Source of the DNA: Oligoflexales bacterium
GTDB taxonomy: Bacteria; Bdellovibrionota_B; Oligoflexia; Oligoflexales; JALZUQ01
NCBI GenBank assembly: GCA_023301565.1
Contig: JALZUO010000008.1
Coordinates: 106,030 to 170,029 of the forward strand
Direction: 5' to 3'
DNA length: 64,000 nucleotides
The notes below the pieces were generated by a model, which saw only the letters and a list, made by a program, of their open reading frames with translations, had not been told where the DNA came from and did no database searches. The translations under genes and the position numbers were made by a program. Shown here one piece after another: positions 9,461-18,733 of this stretch (positions are counted from its first letter, which is position 1; the number at the start of each line of letters is the position of its first letter).

Positions 9461-9983
9461 CGGTTTTTGCTCTCCCTAAATATCCACTAAACTTTTATCA
9501 AAGCTGCGCCCTATGTGCTCGCCTTGAATGAAACAAACTAGAAACAGATATGAGCGAGAGCCTGCTTTCCCAAAATAAAGTAATAAAAACGATAACTTAT
9601 ATACAAAACACATCTAACCTGAAGAAACCCCGTTAGGCTAGATCTATAGGCACTTACGGTTTGGAAGCAGCAAACCTAGCATCGGCAGACGGGTATTTTA
9701 TAACCCATAACCGGTAGTTAGCAATAAGACCATCCAAGTCTGTAAAAACATGCTCGCAAATAACTCCGCGGATCTCGATGCATTTTTCCTCCAAATGCAA
9801 AGTCGTTCTAGTGAAATAGGTCCATGTTTCATTTAGATCAAAATTAGACTTAACCTATGTTTGCAGGCAGATAATTTTTTGACTTAGCCCTGAAGGGTCG
9901 TATTATGGCTTTGCAGTTGTTCAAAATAGAATTTTCCAAGCACCTTAAACAGCTCGATTTCTATATTTAAAGGAGAATTCCCA

Positions 9984-10733
9984 TTGCAGTGGTCCTATAA
10001 TCAGGTTCTTGCTTTTGCAAAAAAGTCATCTAGCAAAAAAGTTGCTCAGTCTTCTAGCCGTTTCTTTAAGTCTGGCAAAGGCGAGTACGGTGAAGGGATG
10101 AAGTTTTTGGGGGTTCGGGCAGCAGATCAAACAAAAATTGCAAAGCAGTGTATGCAGGTATCCCAAGCAACACGCAAGAAAATGCTCACATCTGAATGGC
10201 ACGAGATCAAACTGATTGGCTTGCGTCTCATGGTTCTTCTTTACCAAGAAAAAGCAAAGCAGAGCAGGGCGTCAGCAGCAAAGATTTACAAGGAGTATCT
10301 CGGTTACTTCCCGCATATAAACAATTGGGACTTGGTAGATGTATCCTGCCATAAGGTTATAGGGCCAGAGCTAGAAGAAAAAAGCCGCAAAGTTCTTTAT
10401 AAGTGGGCTAGGTCTCGAAACATGTGGGTGCGGCGTATTTCAATGGTTTCGACCTGGCATTTTATCCGCATGGGTGAGCTAGACGACTGTTTTTCGCTTG
10501 CTGAGCTCTTACTCGGTGATTCTCATGATTTAATGCACAAGGCCGTTGGCTGGATGCTGCGTGAAGCCGGTAAGAAAGACAGAAAACGTCTAAATAGGTT
10601 TTTAGATAAGTATGCGCCTACGATGCCGCGAGTAACCCTGCGCTACGCTATTGAAAGGCACACAGAGGGTCGGCGAAAAATATATTTGGCAGCAAAAAAA
10701 AAGCAAGGCGATAAATCACCTTGCTCGTCGTAA
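9984..10733 (+). CDS. DNA alkylation repair protein (AlkD/AlkC-like HEAT-repeat family)
   Basis: 'INNWDLVDVSCHKVIG', 'MWVRRISMVSTW' and 'HKAVGWMLREAGK' are typical of the DNA_alkylation family. TTG start 8 nt after aaaggag. Confidence 0.75.
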   Translation: MQWSYNQVLAFAKKSSSKKVAQSSSRFFKSGKGEYGEGMKFLGVRAADQTKIAKQCMQVSQATRKKMLTSEWHEIKLIGLRLMVLLYQEKAKQSRASAAKIYKEYLGYFPHINNWDLVDVSCHKVIGPELEEKSRKVLYKWARSRNMWVRRISMVSTWHFIRMGELDDCFSLAELLLGDSHDLMHKAVGWMLREAGKKDRKRLNRFLDKYAPTMPRVTLRYAIERHTEGRRKIYLAAKKKQGDKSPCSS

Positions 10734-10749
10734 AATACTCAACAGAGAT

Positions 10750-11091
10750 TTAGCAATCTAGATCAAAAGTATATCCCGGACGGTATTTAGTCACCCAAAG
10801 AAATGGAACTAGAAAAAATAGTCCCCCGATCAGAGCGCCGACATGTAGCCCCCCGTCACGTGAGATATAATGTGTTTGCGAATCGCAGCCATCTTTTTTC
10901 AACATTACTGGTGTCGTAGATCCGATAATTTTAGTATCTGAATATTGAACACTCCCCTTTCCAAGCATTTGTCCATCGACATAGATCTTAGCCATAGGGT
11001 CCGTTACTTGAATAGTTGTAGTACTAGAGCAAGCCGTCACAAAGGTTACCGCAATAAGAACACTCATAGTTTTTTTTATAGTGGAATACAT
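10750..11091 (-). CDS. Small lipoprotein, PEGA-like
   Basis: Lipobox 'VTAC'. 'IQVTDPMAKIYVDGQMLGKG' resembles a PEGA beta-sandwich. C-terminal hydrophobic segment. I prefer the internal ATG at 11091 (aaggag 9 nt upstream) to the track start at 11121. Confidence 0.55.
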   Translation of the reverse strand: MYSTIKKTMSVLIAVTFVTACSSTTTIQVTDPMAKIYVDGQMLGKGSVQYSDTKIIGSTTPVMLKKDGCDSQTHYISRDGGLHVGALIGGLFFLVPFLWVTKYRPGYTFDLDC

Positions 11092-11202
11092 GCTTTTCTT
11101 CTCCTTAGGACTTTTGCCCATTAGATTTTAAACGAGGTAAAATTGTACTTATTCTATACATCCTGGTCAAGCAATCATTACGAAACGATATTGATGCTAA
11201 AG

Positions 11203-13239
11203 CTACTCGTTGAACTTTACACCCATCTTTTTAGGGTCAGCAGGTAGCACGTTTGGGCCGCTTAGACTTTTTAGAAATTCCAATACAGCGTTTATATCTT
11301 CTGCTGGCCAATCGTCTACAAAAGAATGACCTTGGTTTCCGCGGCCTTTGCCAGCCGTATGGTAGGTAAGCATGCTTTCACTTGTCTTGCGGCTTATAGG
11401 TGAGCTTAAAAGAAGCTGGTTGCTGTCTTCTGTGTCTGCGCTAGAAGCCTTTGACCGGTTTGCGTCTAACATAGGTGTTTCTAACAGGGGTGTTTCTAAC
11501 TTAAACCCAAGTTTGTCAGGGTCGAAGCTGCTGTTTGCTAGAGCCGTTGGTCTTGTCCATGTTTTTGGCCGCTCAGAAGCGCGAAGTACGTGGTAAACCG
11601 TGGGTACAGAGCCGTTGTGAAAATATGGTGGCGAAGCCCATAGCCCAACTAAAGGCGGTGGTATGACTCCTCGTTTCCGGGCTACAGCAAGCCTTGGCCC
11701 ATAGCTTTTTGCTTGTTTGGAGCCGTGTTTTTCGGCAATAGCATTTCTTGCGTCTGCTAACAGGTCTTGGATGCCTGAGCTAATGTGGTTAGATACCTGA
11801 GAGTAGGTGTTATCTGTGCCGACCGTCGTTACAGACTTTATAACGCCCGGGTAGTTAACCTTCCAGTGGGTGCTCTTAGGCTTGCTTTGCGTGTAAGAGC
11901 CATGGCAGGAAGAACAAGTTGCGCCAGATCTTTTTTCGATGCGCTTGCTGTGAAAAATTTCGCGGCCACTTTCAACTAAGTCCCAATCAAGTTTGTATGG
12001 GTATTTAGGCGAGTGGAGCTTTTCAGCATAGCTGAGCGCAAGGCCCAGACGTTTTACGTGGGGTTCGTGCGATGATGCAATCCCTTTATGCTGAAAGGTA
12101 AAGGCATACATAAACTGCCGAACCTTGGTTACTTGATTGTCGCCTGTCCAGAACACATGGTTTTTAAACTTTAACAACCACCATGGCATCGCATCAACGT
12201 TTGGTGTGAACAAAGTGTCGTCTTGAAAAACTTTGCTGTCGGTAGGTGAAAACTCTGTTCTTTTGTATATGCGGTAACCGTCTCCATCCGCTTTTAGGCG
12301 TCCCATGCCTTTGTAGCTTGTGAAAGGTCCCATATTATCGCCGGCACTTTTACCCCATTTAAAAGTAGGGATAAGCTCAGTGCGTGCGTAGTCAAGAAAG
12401 TGATCCAAGGACTCTTCCTCTAACTCGTTCATCCCAAAAAGCAGCCGAGTAAATGCCACCTTAATCATTTGAAAGCCGCTATCTCCGTCAGCTGGGGGAA
12501 GTTTGTCATCTACAAATTCTGACAAAAGCTTTAGCTCCTGCGAAAGCCCAAACTGGTTGCTGTAGTTTGCGTGTGCTCCGCCTACTACGTATTTTCCGAC
12601 TGTACCCGCGTGGCATTGAAAACAGTTGTGGTGCCATAGCTGTGCACTGTTGTTTGTAACTCCAAATACAGCTTTGTTGTCGCAAGAGGTGCTTTTTGAG
12701 AACTCATCTAAAGGGTAAAAGTCTGTATTTCGTCTTCCTTCTTTGTCGTAACAAGGTTGAAGCTCTATCACGCTGTTACTCAATGTAAAGTCTCTACCTT
12801 GCGGCCCGAGCCCAACTTTGCGTGTTGGGGGAGAGGGCAGCTTTCCAAACACTTCGAGCTGGTCTTTGCCTGCATATAAACTTATATGCCTTTGGCCAGT
12901 CAGCCTGCGCAAACTATATAGGTTTGAGACTAGAGACAACGGGATGCCGTTTGGACGAAACGCTCGTCCAGCATAGATATAGTCCAAGCCAAGCATCGCT
13001 TCAGGGTCTGTTGGAGAAAAACCTAAAAACTCTGCTTCAAGTGTTTGGCTCGCAGATTCGCTAAGTTGGGAGGTATCGGACGGAACAGCTACTAGAGTTT
13101 GGCCAGCAATAGTTAGCCACAGTAGCGCGCTCACCCATAGTAAACTAGCTGGGTGCAACGACAATGTGTTTGCCGGCTGCAATATGCCTAGGCGCGGCAA
13201 TATCAATGTGCAAAGTTCCTTCTGCACTGAACGCTCCAT
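11203..13239 (-). CDS. Large di-heme c-type cytochrome (678 aa), peroxidase-like C-terminal motif
   Basis: Two CxxCH sites ('CFQCHAG', 'CSSCHGS'). 'PPYFHNGSVPTVYHVL' resembles the distal motif of the CCP/MauG and DUF1111 families. The N-terminus looks like a signal peptide. Confidence 0.65.
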   Translation of the reverse strand: MERSVQKELCTLILPRLGILQPANTLSLHPASLLWVSALLWLTIAGQTLVAVPSDTSQLSESASQTLEAEFLGFSPTDPEAMLGLDYIYAGRAFRPNGIPLSLVSNLYSLRRLTGQRHISLYAGKDQLEVFGKLPSPPTRKVGLGPQGRDFTLSNSVIELQPCYDKEGRRNTDFYPLDEFSKSTSCDNKAVFGVTNNSAQLWHHNCFQCHAGTVGKYVVGGAHANYSNQFGLSQELKLLSEFVDDKLPPADGDSGFQMIKVAFTRLLFGMNELEEESLDHFLDYARTELIPTFKWGKSAGDNMGPFTSYKGMGRLKADGDGYRIYKRTEFSPTDSKVFQDDTLFTPNVDAMPWWLLKFKNHVFWTGDNQVTKVRQFMYAFTFQHKGIASSHEPHVKRLGLALSYAEKLHSPKYPYKLDWDLVESGREIFHSKRIEKRSGATCSSCHGSYTQSKPKSTHWKVNYPGVIKSVTTVGTDNTYSQVSNHISSGIQDLLADARNAIAEKHGSKQAKSYGPRLAVARKRGVIPPPLVGLWASPPYFHNGSVPTVYHVLRASERPKTWTRPTALANSSFDPDKLGFKLETPLLETPMLDANRSKASSADTEDSNQLLLSSPISRKTSESMLTYHTAGKGRGNQGHSFVDDWPAEDINAVLEFLKSLSGPNVLPADPKKMGVKFNE

Positions 13240-13271
13240 GTTCGTGTTTGTCGCTTTTTTAAACCGACTTC

Positions 13272-13299
13272 TATTCTCTGTATTTTATTCTCTGTATTT
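13272..13299. repeat. Perfect 14-bp tandem duplication (tattctctgtattt x2) upstream of the di-heme cytochrome gene
   Basis: Read directly: 13272-13285 equals 13286-13299. It lies 33-60 bp upstream of the start codon at 13239. Confidence 0.9.
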
Positions 13300-13456
13300 G
13301 CTGCTATTTTTTACCATGTGGCCAAGTAGCCAAAAAAGCCCAGTAGAATCAGGTGTGTATAAGTATCTAAAATTACTACTTAATTTAGAAAAGCACCTTG
13401 TATTTTTGGCGTGTTTTGAGTAGAACGCAGGCAGCAATATATAAAGGAGGTAGTAG

Positions 13457-13573
13457 ATGCAGGTATCTTTCCGCAAGGTTCTGCAGATCTTGGGTACGAT
13501 TCTGAAACAAAAACAATTTTTGTTCCAGAAATGCTCGAAAATAAAGTTACCGCTTTTAAGTTGTAAACTATAG
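13457..13573 (+). CDS. Candidate small ORF (38 aa) with a strong Shine-Dalgarno sequence
   Basis: aaaggagg followed 6 nt later by an ATG. Encodes 'MQVSFRKVLQILGTILKQKQFLFQKCSKIKLPLLSCKL'. Below the ORF-track length cutoff, and I have no homology support. Confidence 0.2.
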   Translation: MQVSFRKVLQILGTILKQKQFLFQKCSKIKLPLLSCKL

Positions 13574-13588
13574 GTGGCGCAACCGCCG

Positions 13589-14656
13589 TTAGCTTTCTAG
13601 TGTTTCGATGCTAGGGAGCCGGCCCGCCATCAGCTCACCAAAATCATGGCTCACCTCAAAACGCAGAAGAGCAGATTTAATGATCACACAAATAGGTGTG
13701 GCCAGCAGTGCTCCTATGGGTCCCCAGAGAAGACCCCAAAACATCAAAGCCAACAATATCGTTATGGGGTGAAGGTCTAAGGTTTCCCCCATAAGCTTTG
13801 GTTCCATAATCCCACCGATTGCCATCTGCACGGCTCCAGGCAAAAGAACGCTCAACAAGATAAGAACGCTACTATCAAATTGAATCAAGGCAACGGGAAT
13901 AGGAAGAAGAAGTGCGATCAGCGAGCCCAGGGTTGGGATGAAGTTGAGCAAGAACGCCAACAGGCCGAACATTGCAGCCATATCTAGCCCCAAAATAGAA
14001 AGTATCAACCCAGTCAATGCACCTGTGATCACCGACATTACGGTCTTTGTAAGCAAGTATTTACGGGTGGATGAGCCTACCTGCGCCCACATGCCTTTCT
14101 TGGGCATCTGCTGCTCTTTGCTGGTTAATAAAAAAAGAACAAAGATAGTTACAAGAGCAAAGTTTACAACGCCAGACAGGATTTTGCCTGCGGTCGTGCT
14201 GACATAGTCAAAAATTGGAAGAGAACGTAGGCTTTCAATTACGGCCTCTTTCTTAACTCCCATACCCCACGAGTTAGCTTTATTTAAAAGGTACTCGGCC
14301 GCGGCGTAGACCTTTTCTTGGTAAAGTTCAATATTTGCTAGAAAAACTTTTACGTTGGTTGAAATCAACAAACCAAATACGACTAAAAACCCTGATACTA
14401 ATAAAAGTGTGAGGATGATTGCGACGATCCTTGGGACTTTTAAATATTTTCTTAAAACATCGATAAGAGGTGAGACCGTAAACGCAATAAAAAGAGAAAG
14501 CACAAATGGGATCATGATCGCTTTGGTAAACATAAATGCCCAGGCAGTGGCTATGGTCGCTAAAATCACAAGACATGCCGCTGAAACTCTGCTGCTCGTC
14601 GGTGGTTGGATTAGGTTGCTGCGGTTGTTTTTCATGCTCTTGCCTCGATGGTTCAT
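13589..14656 (-). CDS. AI-2E family transporter (PerM/YhhT-like permease)
   Basis: About 8 TM segments. The layout and 'FLLNFIPTLGSLIA', 'GLLWGPIGALLATPI' are typical of the AI-2E/UPF0118 family. Confidence 0.75.
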   Translation of the reverse strand: MNHRGKSMKNNRSNLIQPPTSSRVSAACLVILATIATAWAFMFTKAIMIPFVLSLFIAFTVSPLIDVLRKYLKVPRIVAIILTLLLVSGFLVVFGLLISTNVKVFLANIELYQEKVYAAAEYLLNKANSWGMGVKKEAVIESLRSLPIFDYVSTTAGKILSGVVNFALVTIFVLFLLTSKEQQMPKKGMWAQVGSSTRKYLLTKTVMSVITGALTGLILSILGLDMAAMFGLLAFLLNFIPTLGSLIALLLPIPVALIQFDSSVLILLSVLLPGAVQMAIGGIMEPKLMGETLDLHPITILLALMFWGLLWGPIGALLATPICVIIKSALLRFEVSHDFGELMAGRLPSIETLES

Positions 14657-14759
14657 TTGGTCTTAATAGTCTATCTTAAACTGTATAAGTCTCTCTGGGA
14701 ATGCTTGCACGAGGCTGAGTTGCACTTTTTAGTCAAAAAACACGCTACAATGGAAAGCA

Positions 14760-15467
14760 ATGAATGCTTTTTCTAAAAAAAGACTAGGTTTTGACTTGAT
14801 GCTGTTCTTGCTCTCTTTGGGCCTGCACTTATCTTTGTTTTTTGTGTTGGGCCGCGCATCCGTTGGGGGGCAAGCTTCAAGCGCTTCGCAAAAAAACTTA
14901 AAAACAAATATTCAGATCAAAACAATCGGCTCTTCAAAAGCTGGGGCGATGGCAAAAGCCAATACAGGACCCCGTAGCAACGTTGCCAAGACCATGCCAA
15001 CTGTCAGGCCTGTAAACGCTAAAAAAAATCTACGAGTGAAAGAACCGGCGAATAGACCATCAAGTCCTTCTGGGGCAACAAAGAACAGTGACACTGGGCT
15101 ACCTCGCACTGTGGCAGGCACTTCACCAAAAGGTGGCTCTGGCCTCAGTATGTCAGGCTCAAAGCCAGGCAGCAGCACTGTTCGAAGAGACCTTTCACGG
15201 CCCGAGCCTCTTCTTATAGCTTGTCAAAAGCCGGCTTTAACGGATGAGGCTCTTGATGCTGGGCTGCAAGGGCCTTTTGGGTTAGAGGTCTTTGTAGGCA
15301 AAGACGGCGGGGTCAAAAAAGTCGACCTCGAAAAAAAAATAGGCTACGGCATGGACCAAGTGCTACGTAAAGCTGGCTTGAGCTGCCGTTTTAGGCCTGC
15401 TCTTCACCCAAGTGGAAAGCCTTACGCGACATGGGGCGGGGTAACTATCAGGGTGCTAGAGCCCTAA
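14760..15467 (+). CDS. TonB-like energy-transducer protein
   Basis: N-terminal TM with an S..H-containing segment 'LSLGLHLSLFF'. Long P/S/K/G-rich linker. C-terminal TonB_C-like 'EVFVGKDGGVKKVDLEKKIGYGMDQVLRKA...RFRPA'. Confidence 0.65.
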   Translation: MNAFSKKRLGFDLMLFLLSLGLHLSLFFVLGRASVGGQASSASQKNLKTNIQIKTIGSSKAGAMAKANTGPRSNVAKTMPTVRPVNAKKNLRVKEPANRPSSPSGATKNSDTGLPRTVAGTSPKGGSGLSMSGSKPGSSTVRRDLSRPEPLLIACQKPALTDEALDAGLQGPFGLEVFVGKDGGVKKVDLEKKIGYGMDQVLRKAGLSCRFRPALHPSGKPYATWGGVTIRVLEP

Positions 15468-15690
15468 CAGCAGGACTAGCTGGGTATAAAAAAATGAAGA
15501 CAACGAGACTTTAATATAGCGCCAGAAGTTGCCAGTTTTTTATCGCTTATATGGCGCTCAACCTTCTGCAGTGCTTGTAAGACAAGCGCTTTGAAAACAG
15601 TGGGAAAGGGGTTGTCCAGGTAATATAAAAGCTGGCACAAAACCCTAAAAAATTACAGTATAGTGTTTTCAAAATCTTGGAGAGATCTAT

Positions 15691-16470
15691 ATGTATGCAG
15701 CTCTTTACTTTGGTGACGCCCTGCACGTTTGGCTGTCTTGCATGTGTTTTTTTACATTCCTGTGGTTTGTATCGGTCTGGGTCAAAGATGCCAGCATCGT
15801 CGATATCTTCTGGTCTCTTGGTTTTTTGCTTGCTGCAACGCTTTATTTAAACAAAGCCGGTTCTAGTCCTCGTTCAAATCTAGTTTTTTTAATGGTTGCT
15901 GCCTGGTCTGTACGCTTAGCTGCTTACCTTGCTATGCGAAATCTAGGCAAGGGCGAAGACCGGCGCTACAAAGCTATGCGCGTGATAAGGCCTAAAGAGT
16001 TTTGGATTTGGAGCCTTTACAGGGTTTTTTGGTTGCAGTGCACTCTTATGATGATCATTGGTGCCCCGCTCTATTTTTTATTTGCAAACCCAGGGCCTTT
16101 AAACATGTTTTCTTACCTGGGTGCCGCAGTCTGGGCGTTAGGAATGTTCTGGGAGGTTGTCGGTGACTTTCAGATGCAGCGTTTTAAAAGTAACAAAAAC
16201 AACAAAGCAAAAGTTATGAGGCTGGGTCTATGGCGTTTTACGCGTCATCCTAACTATTTTGGCGAAGCTATAATCTGGTGGGGTTTTTATATTTGCGCGC
16301 TTGGTGTTCCTTATGGGTGGCTGAGCTTTTTTGGGCCGCTGCTGCTAAACTTCTTTTTGTTAAAGGTGTCTGGAGTATCTATGCTGGAAAACGATCTACG
16401 AGACCGAAAGCCTGACTATAGAGCTTACATAAAAGAGACCCCTGCTTTTATTCCGTTTTGGGGGAAGTGA
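15691..16470 (+). CDS. DUF1295 family membrane protein (steroid 5-alpha-reductase / ICMT-like fold)
   Basis: Polytopic membrane protein with the family-typical C-terminal 'GLWRFTRHPNYFGEAIIWWG'. Confidence 0.75.
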   Translation: MYAALYFGDALHVWLSCMCFFTFLWFVSVWVKDASIVDIFWSLGFLLAATLYLNKAGSSPRSNLVFLMVAAWSVRLAAYLAMRNLGKGEDRRYKAMRVIRPKEFWIWSLYRVFWLQCTLMMIIGAPLYFLFANPGPLNMFSYLGAAVWALGMFWEVVGDFQMQRFKSNKNNKAKVMRLGLWRFTRHPNYFGEAIIWWGFYICALGVPYGWLSFFGPLLLNFFLLKVSGVSMLENDLRDRKPDYRAYIKETPAFIPFWGK

Positions 16471-16471
16471 T

Positions 16472-18733
16472 TTGCGTACCTTATTTTCAAATTACCTAGC
16501 TTTACTTGTTTTCGCACCTTTGTTTTTTTCTGCAGCTGTTCCGGCAAGCGCCCTGGCGGTTAGCCTAACTTTTTTAGAGCGAGGAACTGGTGACCCCATA
16601 TCAAAAGTGCAGATCTATGCACAAGATTCGCGCCTGGAAGATGCCGCAAGTTTGTATTCGGATAAAAAAGGCACCTTAGAGGTGCCGCTAGAGCTTTGGC
16701 AAAAGCTTCCGCCGCAACTGTCCTTTCAGCGTTTTGGATATGATAAATTCAGTGGTTCCAAGAGCTTTTTAAACACAAACCCAACGATCTATTTAAGACC
16801 GAAAATAGCCGCCGATAATGTGATCACTATTTCTGCTGTAAAGCGCAAGGAAGTGTCTAGAAAAATTGTCAGCGTAGAAGAAGCAGAGATTGTCGCCTCT
16901 GGCGGAGAGCCTACCCGAATTACGGCGACCCTTCCAGGGGTGCAAACTCGGCCATTTCAAGGAGAGGTGATCGTTCGAGGTTCGGCCCCGGAAGATACGC
17001 GTTATTATATAGATGATTTGCTTGTGCCGGCTGTTTATCACGGAGTCGGTAGTCAGTCTGTATTGCCACCGCAGCTTTTAGACAACGTTCAAATCAGCAC
17101 TGGGGGCTTCGGAGCCTACCGAGGCGAGGCTACAGGCGGAGTCGTAGAGCTGCAAACCAAAAGCCAGCTGCCAGAAAAGCCGCTTACCACTCTCACCGTA
17201 AACCTGCCGTTTTATACGGGGGTGCTGCACGAGCGCTCGATCGGCAAAGGAGATTCTCCGTGGGGTCTTTGGGTCGGAGCGAGAAAGAGCACCATCGAGT
17301 ATGCTTTGCGCCCGATTTTTGAAGGGATGGAAGATCAAGACCTTTCTGTAGTTCCTTTTTTTGCAGATGGAACCTTGATGCTCGTCCAGCCACGGGAAAA
17401 TGGCCTGCGCAAACTAAAGCTTCTTTACTACCTCGACGGGATTGAGCTTGCGACAAACAACCTGCCAACGACAGACTCTAGTGGTCGCGGCCAGCTTGGT
17501 ATCGAACGTAGCTATATAGCGTCAAGTTACCGCAAGGAGTACCGGCTCAACAAAAAGTGGAAGTACGTAAGTGAGCCCCAGTATATTTTTGATCGAATCC
17601 GAAACGAGTTCTCTGGCGATAAGCTTTTCATTGATATCCATGAGGCGAGGCTTTTTCATGAGTGGCAGTTTCGCTATAAAACAGGCGGTCAGAAGCGTGC
17701 GCGCAACAAACTTTCTTTAGGGGTTGAACCTAGCCTGCAGTGGGGGAAGGTCGATATAGATGTTCCGCGTGGTGACCCGCAAGATCCGTTTTTTGAGTTT
17801 GAAGAAGCCGATCAGGTCACGGTAGAAGACTCGTTTAGTATCTTTAAGTTTGGGTTGTGGGGTTCTTTGGATCATCAGCTTGGCAAATGGCTTGTGCAGC
17901 CTGGATTTCGGGTGCAGTACAATGGGCAAATTGATGCTTGGTCTATAGACCCGCGTCTTTCTGCTTTTTATGAACTGAATAAAAAACATAGCCTAAAAGC
18001 TGCAGCTGGTCTTTATTCTATTAGCCCTAGAGAGCAAGAAAGTACCGAGCCTTCTGGTAACCCCGATCTTGAGCTGGAGCGTTCGCGTCACTTTGTTCTA
18101 GGGTGGGAAAGCCAGTGGACCGAGCAAATTAAGTCGTCGCTAGAGGTCTTTTACAAGTGGAATGATCGTATGGTTCAACTCGATGCCTTAACCAACTATG
18201 TTGGTAGCGGTAGGCTTCGGGTATACGGCGTAGAGGTCTTCTTGCGCCGCCTGCAGTCGGCAAGGTTTTTCGGCTGGCTCAGCTATACCTATTCTAAAGC
18301 CGATCTTCGCAAAGCATCTGGGGAGCCAGAGATAGCTAGCCCGGACGACCAGCGTCACGTACTTCAGTTGGTTTCAGGTTATAAGCTTTCTTCGACTTTT
18401 AGGCTTGGTGCAAGGCTTCTTGTGCAGTCTGGCAAACCTTTTTCTCCTGTAGGTGAAGTTGTTTATCATGCAGGTTTCGACAGTTATCAGGGGCGTTTGG
18501 GGGCAGCAGAAAACGAAAACTCTGAGCGGCTTCCAGGTTCACAGTCTTTAGATTTGTTTGCACAAAAAGATTTTCTACTAAAAAGGTGGAAGCTTCGGCT
18601 TAGGGCAGGGGCTGAGTTTATTTCTTATGAGCGCCCAGTGTTCGGCGTCGAGTATGATTTTGATTTTCGCAATCAAAATGAGTTCAAGGGTTTTGCCCCC
18701 ATTCCTTACTTGGAGGTGCGTAGTGAGTTTTAG
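16472..18733 (+). CDS. TonB-dependent-receptor-like outer-membrane protein (CarboxypepD_reg-like N-domain + plug + barrel)
   Basis: Signal peptide. Plug-like 'TRITATLPGVQTRPFQGEVIVRGSAPEDTRYYIDDL'. Long beta-rich C-terminal region ending in the OMP-type 'YLEVRSEF'. The TTG start is 1 nt after the DUF1295 stop. Confidence 0.75.
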   Translation: MRTLFSNYLALLVFAPLFFSAAVPASALAVSLTFLERGTGDPISKVQIYAQDSRLEDAASLYSDKKGTLEVPLELWQKLPPQLSFQRFGYDKFSGSKSFLNTNPTIYLRPKIAADNVITISAVKRKEVSRKIVSVEEAEIVASGGEPTRITATLPGVQTRPFQGEVIVRGSAPEDTRYYIDDLLVPAVYHGVGSQSVLPPQLLDNVQISTGGFGAYRGEATGGVVELQTKSQLPEKPLTTLTVNLPFYTGVLHERSIGKGDSPWGLWVGARKSTIEYALRPIFEGMEDQDLSVVPFFADGTLMLVQPRENGLRKLKLLYYLDGIELATNNLPTTDSSGRGQLGIERSYIASSYRKEYRLNKKWKYVSEPQYIFDRIRNEFSGDKLFIDIHEARLFHEWQFRYKTGGQKRARNKLSLGVEPSLQWGKVDIDVPRGDPQDPFFEFEEADQVTVEDSFSIFKFGLWGSLDHQLGKWLVQPGFRVQYNGQIDAWSIDPRLSAFYELNKKHSLKAAAGLYSISPREQESTEPSGNPDLELERSRHFVLGWESQWTEQIKSSLEVFYKWNDRMVQLDALTNYVGSGRLRVYGVEVFLRRLQSARFFGWLSYTYSKADLRKASGEPEIASPDDQRHVLQLVSGYKLSSTFRLGARLLVQSGKPFSPVGEVVYHAGFDSYQGRLGAAENENSERLPGSQSLDLFAQKDFLLKRWKLRLRAGAEFISYERPVFGVEYDFDFRNQNEFKGFAPIPYLEVRSEF

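Noticed and set aside
9654-9800. 48-codon TTG-initiated minus-strand ORF in the alaS upstream region ('MHLEEKCIEIRGVICEHVFTDLDGLIANYRLWVIKYPSADARFAASKP')
   Set aside because: It has no Shine-Dalgarno sequence, a weak start codon and no recognisable family. I kept only the general note about the long gap.
11474-11500. 15-bp-period direct repeat 'ggtgtttctaac' inside the di-heme cytochrome gene
   Set aside because: It is an in-frame duplication that gives 'LETPLLETPML' in a low-complexity linker of the protein. It is an ordinary coding micro-duplication, not a separate element.
15570-15590. Hairpin agtgcttgt-aag-acaagcgct after the TonB-like gene, considered as a terminator
   Set aside because: It is followed by only 'tt', not a T-run, and it lies about 100 nt past the stop. 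It is too weak to annotate.
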